Assembly (NCBI GenBank): GCA_963665125.2
Contig: CAXXUK010000001.1
Span: 256,001 to 320,000 of the forward strand
Length of the DNA: 64,000 nucleotides
From: an uncultured Desulfarculus sp.
Lineage (GTDB): Bacteria > Desulfobacterota > Desulfarculia > Desulfarculales > Desulfarculaceae
Direction: 5' to 3'
Below the pieces are notes generated by a model. The model was not told where the DNA came from. It was given only the letters and a program-made list of their open reading frames with translations, and made no database searches. Positions within the stretch are counted from its first letter, which is position 1. Each line of letters starts with the position of its first letter. Position numbers and translations under genes: made by a program. Positions 57,469 to 64,000 of this stretch are shown here, piece after piece.

Positions 57469-59058
57469 ATGAAACGACGTGACTTTATTAAACTGCTGGC
57501 GGCCATGGGCGCAACCACGGCCCTGGGCGGCCACCGGCGATCCGCTGTCGCGGGCAATCCCCGCAGGCCCAACTTCCTGGTCATCATTACCGACCAGGAA
57601 CGCCAGCACATGCACTGGCCCAAGGGCTTGGCGCAAAAGCAGATGCCCTCCTGGCAGAGGTTGCGGAAAAACGGCGTAACCTTCAACCGAGCCTATTGCT
57701 CCGCCACCCAGTGCTCCCCCAGCCGGGCCTGCATCCTTACGGGACAATACTCCAATATTAATAAAGTTCCCTACATCGGCTACCCTGCCTGCCTGCCGGA
57801 TAAAAACGTTTTGCCCAACATCGGTTCATGGCTGGCCGAAAAGGCCGGTTACGAGGTGGTGTGGAAGGGTAAATGGCACTTGAGCTTTCCGGTGGGCTTC
57901 AAAGGCGGTTTGGTCGAGGACGAGGTCTGGACCGGGGCGGACATCACCGCCATGGCCGACCGGTATGGCCTGACCCAATGGGACCCGCCCGATGCCGGAA
58001 CCAATGTCCTCAATACTCCCGGTTCCAGGGCCACCATGGGGGGCGGCTGGGCCGATAATGACGGACGCTACATGCGGGGGATGTCGCCGGGAGATGCCAG
58101 GCAGACTCCGGGATACGGCATGAGCGCTCTCGACTACATCGGGCAGTTGGGCGCGACCCCCAAACAGCTGAGAAGGCCGTTCTGTCTGTTCGTGTCTCTG
58201 GTCAATCCCCACGACATCGCCTATTTCCCCAATGGCTGGCAAGAGGGGGGCTATGACCTGGCGCGGTTCAAGGACCTGGGCGTTGGCCTGCCGCCCAATT
58301 TCAGGGATAACCTGGCCACCAAACCCAGCGTGCAGAAGAAGTATTATGATTACCTGAACAAGGAAGGGCCGCTTGGCAGCGAAGCCGACCAATTGAACTA
58401 CGTGAATTTCTACGCCCACCTGCACGGCGTGGTCAACGGTCACATCGAGGCCCTGCTGGACGCCATGGACGAGGCCGGACTAACCCGGGACACCATAATC
58501 ATCCGCACGGCCGACCACGGCGAACTGGGGCTGTCCCACGGTCTGCGGGAAAAGGCCTATGTGGCCTATAACGAGGCGCTTCACGTGCCGCTGACCATAT
58601 CCAACCCGGAGCTGTTCCCCCGGCCGGTGAGCACCGACGCCCTGTATTCCCACGTGGACCTGGCCGCGACCATGGCCGAACTGGCCGGGGTTCCCGGCAT
58701 CGGGGTGGGCAAAAGCCAGGTTCCGGTCCTCCTGGACCCCGGCTCATCAGTGCGCCGGGACGTGCTTTTCGCCTACGACGACCACTTTTTCCTGCCGCTG
58801 GATACGCCGTCTTCCCATATCCGGGCCCTGGTTGACGCCCGCCACACCTATGCGGCGTATTACTCGGCGGACGGCGGCTCGTTCGAATACGAGATGTACG
58901 ACAACATCTCCGACCCATATCAGATGGACAACCTGGCCTTTAAACCGTCATCGGCCAATATTGAGCTGATGAAGGCCCTGCACGGCAGGTTGACCCAAAG
59001 CCTCGAGGACAACCTGGCGCAACCGGAGGGGTTTGAGTGGCCAGCCAGCCCGGTGTAG
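57469..59058 (+). CDS. Tat-exported Cys-type sulfatase
   Basis: MKRRDFIK signal, PNFLVIITDQ, CSPSR, GKWH, NPH, ADHGE. Confidence 0.92.
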   Translation: MKRRDFIKLLAAMGATTALGGHRRSAVAGNPRRPNFLVIITDQERQHMHWPKGLAQKQMPSWQRLRKNGVTFNRAYCSATQCSPSRACILTGQYSNINKVPYIGYPACLPDKNVLPNIGSWLAEKAGYEVVWKGKWHLSFPVGFKGGLVEDEVWTGADITAMADRYGLTQWDPPDAGTNVLNTPGSRATMGGGWADNDGRYMRGMSPGDARQTPGYGMSALDYIGQLGATPKQLRRPFCLFVSLVNPHDIAYFPNGWQEGGYDLARFKDLGVGLPPNFRDNLATKPSVQKKYYDYLNKEGPLGSEADQLNYVNFYAHLHGVVNGHIEALLDAMDEAGLTRDTIIIRTADHGELGLSHGLREKAYVAYNEALHVPLTISNPELFPRPVSTDALYSHVDLAATMAELAGVPGIGVGKSQVPVLLDPGSSVRRDVLFAYDDHFFLPLDTPSSHIRALVDARHTYAAYYSADGGSFEYEMYDNISDPYQMDNLAFKPSSANIELMKALHGRLTQSLEDNLAQPEGFEWPASPV

Positions 59059-59071
59059 GGCGGACCGCCGG

Positions 59072-60304
59072 CTAAAGCACTTGGTTGAAGCCGGGGATGC
59101 GCCTGAGCGCGTGGGCCAGGGCAAAGCTAACGACGATGCCGGCCGTGGTCACCAGGGCGAACTTGGCCAAGGGGGGCAGGGGAGCCGTGCGCAAGGGGAT
59201 TTGCAGGGCGATCACCAACAGGAAGTGGACGATATAGGCTCCGTAGGCCGCCGTTATCATTGCCCGCCCCAGGCCGTCCGGTTGCTTGTTGAGGCGCTCC
59301 CGAAACCAAACCGGCAGGCCCACGCACAAACCCACGCAGATGCACGCCTCCCAGGCGCACCAGACCAGCGACTGCCAGCTGGCCCCGCCTTTGGCTATGA
59401 TAACGGGCAGATAGGCCATGCCCGCCAAACGGTAGATATAGAACAACACTGCGGCGCCCAAACCGACCTTCAGCCAGAACATGCCCAGGGGGGCGGGGGT
59501 GCGCCGCGGCCAGTCATGACGGGCGGCCAGCACGCCTATCATGAACAGGCTGAAATACTGCGGCAGGTGCGCTATCTCGGAGGGGATCAGGAAAAACAAC
59601 GGCACCCAGCGGTCAACGGGATACCAGATGCGCACCACCCAAGTCACCGCAACCAAGGCCAAAAGATAGACCACGATCTGTCCGTGGGTGGGGTGCTCCC
59701 CGGCCCGGCCAAAGCCAAGGCCTGACGGCCCGAACCTGCGCCAAAGGACATAGACGGAGCCGTACAGCAGAAGATGGAGCAGAAACCACAACTGGTCATA
59801 CAGCGGCAGCCAGGCGTGATCATAGAGGTAGCCCAGAAAGGCCACGAATGCGCTGGTGTGTTCCAGGTCCAGGTGCTCAGTCGGCCCGATGGATAACAGG
59901 GCAAAGCCCGAGCCCGGATCGAAAAGGGCGAAATAGGCGATGGGGCCGGTAAAAAACAGGGCATAGACGGCCGTGGGGATGCCCAGGCGCTTTAAACGGG
60001 TTTGCAGGAAACCAGCCGCGCCTTTTTTGTCATAGGACTGGGGGACGAAAAAGCCGGAAACCAGGCAGAACAAGCCCATGAAAAAGGCCGCGTTCACCGC
60101 CAGGAACGGCTCAAGCAACATACTGTGCCGGACATTGTCGATGGGCCAGGCCCCGCCCGTGGCTCCGTAGGGCTGCGCGGCATGGTGGGCGATGACGAGC
60201 ATGGTCAGCGCCACCTTGAGCTTGTCGGCGAAGTCCATCCGCGCTGGGGGATCAGCTGGAATAGGGATGTTGCTTGTCGCCATGTGTTTAAAATCTTTGT
60301 TCAA
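59072..60304 (-). CDS. Acyltransferase-3 (OpgC-like) membrane protein
   Basis: DKLKVALTMLVIAHH, FFMGLFCLVSG, RLKRLGIP, QLWFL, YGAYIVH. Confidence 0.88.
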   Translation of the reverse strand: MNKDFKHMATSNIPIPADPPARMDFADKLKVALTMLVIAHHAAQPYGATGGAWPIDNVRHSMLLEPFLAVNAAFFMGLFCLVSGFFVPQSYDKKGAAGFLQTRLKRLGIPTAVYALFFTGPIAYFALFDPGSGFALLSIGPTEHLDLEHTSAFVAFLGYLYDHAWLPLYDQLWFLLHLLLYGSVYVLWRRFGPSGLGFGRAGEHPTHGQIVVYLLALVAVTWVVRIWYPVDRWVPLFFLIPSEIAHLPQYFSLFMIGVLAARHDWPRRTPAPLGMFWLKVGLGAAVLFYIYRLAGMAYLPVIIAKGGASWQSLVWCAWEACICVGLCVGLPVWFRERLNKQPDGLGRAMITAAYGAYIVHFLLVIALQIPLRTAPLPPLAKFALVTTAGIVVSFALAHALRRIPGFNQVL

Positions 60305-60483
60305 CCGATTGCCTTTGAAAACAGCCTGACCATGGTTCGCTGTTACAGCATTTTACTATTTTGAACCGGTTGGTTGGCAATTGCCAAGTGCCGTAAGCGG
60401 CCGCGATCGGCTTAGGCCACGGTCCAAAGAAAAGGTGCGGGATTTCTCCCGCACCTCTAGTCAAGACAGTGCAACGCATCAAT

Positions 60484-62895
60484 TTATTGTTGCATTACGC
60501 GGTCACCACCGGAGTTCCAGCCCGGGGCCTCGCCGGTCCATTTGATCTTGCCCCCATCGAATTCGGCAGTGAACACCAGTGCCGGATCCGCGGTTTCTTT
60601 TACGTGGGGCAGTTTTCCGCCCGCGCCATACCCCTTGGGAACATATAGCGTGAAATCCAGAGGGGTTGTTTCGCCGTTTTTCAGGGCCTCGAAATATTGG
60701 TTGGGAGCCTTGGCGTTGGGCACTCTGAACGTCTTGCCCACGAAACGGCTGCCGTTAAAGACGTAATCGGCGTAACCCAGAGCACAGCCATACAAGCTGA
60801 GCAATCCGATCTGTTTCGGGAACCTCCAGCCATACAGGATTTGGTGCAGATAGGCGTCCCTGGCCTGGGAATAGCTGGGCCATTGGCCTTTGCCCCAGGT
60901 CATTTCCGGGACATGGCTGTCAGGAAATTGTTTGTCCATTGCCGACATGGCCAACGCCACCACGGCCACGGAACCATAGAAAAACTCCCGGTTGAAATGA
61001 TGGCCCTGGGCGCTCCAATCCGGGTTGGCGCCCCGAAGCGGATTGGCGATCATGGCGAAAAAGGTCTGAAGAAGCTTTCCATGATCTTTATATCCCATGG
61101 CGCTCACGTATTCTCCGCCAAGGAAAAGGGCCGGGCCGAAGACTCCTTTTTTGCCGTTTTCCTCGTAGCTGACGGAACCGTCTCCGGTTTCGTCAAAGGC
61201 TTCGAGGAAGTTTGCCTTAAGGCTCGTGCCTTCCAGGCCGTCCGCGGCATCCATGTACCCAAGGAAGGTCTTTTGCAGGTCCCAAGGCAGTTTGTATATG
61301 TCCCAATAGAGGATTTTCGTGTGGATGTCGTTGAAGGTGTCTCCCTCCAGATATCCGAGCCTGCCGCCGGATGAGACCAGGGGATTATCCGTTACCGCAT
61401 CCCAGCCCGATATATGGTAGGCGCTCTGGCCCATGCCGTATTCCACGGCCTTGGCCATGCTGTAGTCGCGCATGATGGGGCAATCGTATTCCTGGACCGT
61501 CTTTATGGCCTTGCCGTCAAGCTTGGGCACGGGGACCCGCTGGGGGAAACGGCCGCCAAAGCCGTCTTCCGGGCCGTTTTGGGCGGCCTCTTGGAGGCCC
61601 ACGTTGCTGAACAGATACCGAGCGCACATCAGATCCACGGCCACCACATCGGCTCCGGCCACCATCAGGCCCTCGGGATGGGCAACACCCAGGCCCACGC
61701 CCTGGTGGTCGCGGTTTACGGCCTCGATGCCGTCCACGATGTGCATCATGGAGACACCCGTACCGGCCACCGCGCGGATGATATCCAGCATGGTGCCCGT
61801 GAGGCCGCCCGTCTTGGTAACCTTGTAATTGCCCTGGCCGTCCTTTTGGGGGATATGGGTATGCGGGTTCAGTTCCGGCACCCACACCTGATGGGGAATC
61901 CGGCTTTTCATGGTCGGGATATCCGTATCAGGCGAGCCGTAGGCCCAGCATTTGGCGCTGCCGTGGTTGGCCTGCAAGGGATAAAGGCCGATGCCCAGGT
62001 TTTTGATGGCATTGGTGAAAACCGCCTGGGAGTGGACCTTCAGCTTGGGCAGGTTGATCAACACGCAGCCGGGATAGCGTCTACGGTCTTCGGCGTCCGC
62101 CGGATCGCCGCCCACGATCACCTTGTGCAGGATGATGGACTTGAAGTTCTCGCCGTCGGGCAGCGGAACCGCCCGGCCCTTTGTGGGGTCGTCGCAGATA
62201 CGGTTCAGGTCGTAGACCATCAGACGGCCGCCGGCGTCGCCAGGGGCGACATATGTTCCGGCCATGCTCTCTTCCAGCCCGCTCATGGGATCTTCGTCCA
62301 ATTCAGGGCTCAGAGCTTCAGCCAGATAGCGCCTGGCGAAGTAGAAGCCCCAGCCGCCGAAAAAGTCATCGGAACGACCCTCGTAGGCCGCTTCAGGGGT
62401 GACGGGCCGGCCTTCCTTTTTAATATGCGAATACTGCGTGGCTTTGAGGATGCTTCCCGAGGCGGCTTCGCCAAGGCACATCTGGTCGTAACGTATTCCA
62501 GCCTGGTCATGGAACCAGCGCATAACCGCCGCCACAAAAGACCATTCCGTGTTGGCGAATGTGCCGGGCATTGGCAGGTGGGTGTACGGCTCAAGGCTTT
62601 CCACGGTAACCAGGTTGGGCTTCATGAGCAGCTTTTTGCCTTGTTTGAGCTGGCCTTGAACCTTTGCAATGAACGGCTCTGCCTGCTCCAGGGCGTTCAT
62701 TGCCTTGCTCAGGTTCTCATAAGTGTAATCGATCCTGTCCTTTATCCCCACCCAGGCAGCCTGATCATTATCTTCGATCACTTGCTTAAGCAGGGCCCCG
62801 ATTTCCTGGTAGGATTTTTCCGCCGACACCCTGGATACGCCAAGAGCCGCTCCGGACCGATCCAGGGTTATTTCACCGATAGCTGATTTTGCCAT
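60484..62895 (-). CDS. Large DUF362 domain protein
   Basis: LLMKPNLV, LINLPKLKVH, TNAIKN, IVDGI, DVVAVD; long C-terminal extension. Confidence 0.8.
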   Translation of the reverse strand: MAKSAIGEITLDRSGAALGVSRVSAEKSYQEIGALLKQVIEDNDQAAWVGIKDRIDYTYENLSKAMNALEQAEPFIAKVQGQLKQGKKLLMKPNLVTVESLEPYTHLPMPGTFANTEWSFVAAVMRWFHDQAGIRYDQMCLGEAASGSILKATQYSHIKKEGRPVTPEAAYEGRSDDFFGGWGFYFARRYLAEALSPELDEDPMSGLEESMAGTYVAPGDAGGRLMVYDLNRICDDPTKGRAVPLPDGENFKSIILHKVIVGGDPADAEDRRRYPGCVLINLPKLKVHSQAVFTNAIKNLGIGLYPLQANHGSAKCWAYGSPDTDIPTMKSRIPHQVWVPELNPHTHIPQKDGQGNYKVTKTGGLTGTMLDIIRAVAGTGVSMMHIVDGIEAVNRDHQGVGLGVAHPEGLMVAGADVVAVDLMCARYLFSNVGLQEAAQNGPEDGFGGRFPQRVPVPKLDGKAIKTVQEYDCPIMRDYSMAKAVEYGMGQSAYHISGWDAVTDNPLVSSGGRLGYLEGDTFNDIHTKILYWDIYKLPWDLQKTFLGYMDAADGLEGTSLKANFLEAFDETGDGSVSYEENGKKGVFGPALFLGGEYVSAMGYKDHGKLLQTFFAMIANPLRGANPDWSAQGHHFNREFFYGSVAVVALAMSAMDKQFPDSHVPEMTWGKGQWPSYSQARDAYLHQILYGWRFPKQIGLLSLYGCALGYADYVFNGSRFVGKTFRVPNAKAPNQYFEALKNGETTPLDFTLYVPKGYGAGGKLPHVKETADPALVFTAEFDGGKIKWTGEAPGWNSGGDRVMQQ

Positions 62896-62940
62896 GTGGA
62901 TTCTTTCCGTGTCGTGATTCCCTTCTGGGAAGTTTTTAAC

Positions 62941-64000
62941 CTAGAGGCTCCAGGCGGCCTTCGCGCCTTCGTCCGTGGCCTCGATGATGCGGCGGACCTG
63001 CATGGCATCGCCGACCACTTTGTATTCGATGCCGCTGCTCTCCAGATATTGCTTCAGTTCGTCCTTGGGCTTCATGCCCACGGCCAGCACCACCTGGTCA
63101 ACGTCTTGCAGCACCTCGGGTTGTCCGTCCACGGAAAGAGTGACGGAGTTTTTACCCACGCTTTCCAGACAAGTATTGAACATCATCCGGCAACCGGCTT
63201 CCCGCAGCCGTTTGTGCAGCATGTAGCCGTGGGAGGCAGCCTTGATCACCGGGGAATTGGGCAGCATCTCCACCAAAGTGACCTGGCTGCCGCTGGATGA
63301 CAGGAAGTCGGCTGTTTCCATGCCGATCAAACCGCCGCCGACCACGACCACATTCTTGCCCGGCGCAACGGTCTTGCCCAGGATCTGCCAAGCCGTGCAG
63401 ACAATGGATTCGTCCAGGCCGGGAATGTCTGGGATGATCTTTTCACCGCCGATGGCCAGAATCACCGCCTCGGGAGCGCCGGTTTTGATCATCTCGGGAG
63501 TAACGGCGGTGTTGGTCTGAATGGTCACGCCGGACTGCTCCACCTGTTTGATCAACCAATCAATCCACTCGCCATAAATTTTCTTTGAAGGGGGAACCCT
63601 GGCAAACATGATCTGGCCGCCGGGATTTTCGGCTTTTTCAAACAGCGACACATCGTGCCCCAGCCTCTTGGCTTCATTGGCGGCGGTCAAGCCGGCCGGC
63701 CCAGCGCCGATGACCCAGACCTTGCGCTTTTTCGCGGCCGGCGTCCGGGGATACAAAAGCTCCTGGCCTGTCTCCGGGTTGATGGCGCAGCGCACGCTGG
63801 AGCCTGGCTCGAACATCAGCCGCTCGATGCAGCCCTGGTTGCAGGCGATGCATTTGCGGATCTGATCGTATTGGCCGGCCTTGGCCTTGTTCAGGAAATC
63901 GGGGTCGGCCAGTTGCTGGCGGCCAAAGGCGATCATGTCCGCGGCGCCCTCGGCGATGAACTTATCGGCCAGCCTGGGATCGCTGAACCGGCCCACGGCG
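62941..64000 (-). CDS. NADH:flavin oxidoreductase (OYE barrel + 4Fe-4S + FAD/NAD domains), 3' part; 5' end outside window
   Basis: GRQQLADP, CIACNQGC, CAINP, VIGAGPAG, VVGGGLIGME. Confidence 0.9.
   Translation of the reverse strand, partial: AVGRFSDPRLADKFIAEGAADMIAFGRQQLADPDFLNKAKAGQYDQIRKCIACNQGCIERLMFEPGSSVRCAINPETGQELLYPRTPAAKKRKVWVIGAGPAGLTAANEAKRLGHDVSLFEKAENPGGQIMFARVPPSKKIYGEWIDWLIKQVEQSGVTIQTNTAVTPEMIKTGAPEAVILAIGGEKIIPDIPGLDESIVCTAWQILGKTVAPGKNVVVVGGGLIGMETADFLSSSGSQVTLVEMLPNSPVIKAASHGYMLHKRLREAGCRMMFNTCLESVGKNSVTLSVDGQPEVLQDVDQVVLAVGMKPKDELKQYLESSGIEYKVVGDAMQVRRIIEATDEGAKAAWSL

Overview
GC-rich window from an anaerobic bacterium. The gene content (tungsten-type AORs, sigma-54 activators, CCG Fe-S protein, DUF362, YedE cluster) suggests a Desulfobacterota/deltaproteobacterial sulfate reducer, which is an inference. 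I saw no rRNA, tRNA, CRISPR array or transposase. Left to right: 5' end of a TRAP substrate-binding gene; an 8-PAS HisKA_2 kinase with its response regulator; two sigma-54-controlled catabolic islands (AOR/acyl-CoA ligase/Fe-S/DUF169/flavodoxin, and SCP2/acyl-CoA dehydrogenase/PaaK-like ligase/thiolase/SDR/nitroreductase); a VIT-vWA protein; a radical SAM/SPASM enzyme coupled to a Tat-signal, 17-Cys CxxxC-repeat peptide; a Crp/epimerase/TPP enzyme/MFS unit; a TetR-controlled six-gene operon; a large secreted Ig/FN3/PKD protein; a YedE-TusA-DUF3343 cluster; a Tat sulfatase; an acyltransferase; a large DUF362 protein; and a partial OYE-type flavoenzyme. Two candidates stand out as possibly undescribed systems. 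(1) The rSAM plus Tat-exported Cys-rich peptide at 34577-36483 is a candidate RiPP system. (2) The operon at 42466-49464 (atypical Sdh/Frd-like flavoprotein, 2Fe-2S/thiazoline-hydrolase fusion, aminoacylase, NRAMP-like carrier, cysteine desulfidase, RidA) reads like a complete thiazolidine/thiazoline-to-cysteine-to-H2S pathway. All product calls come from motif recognition by eye; no database searches were run.
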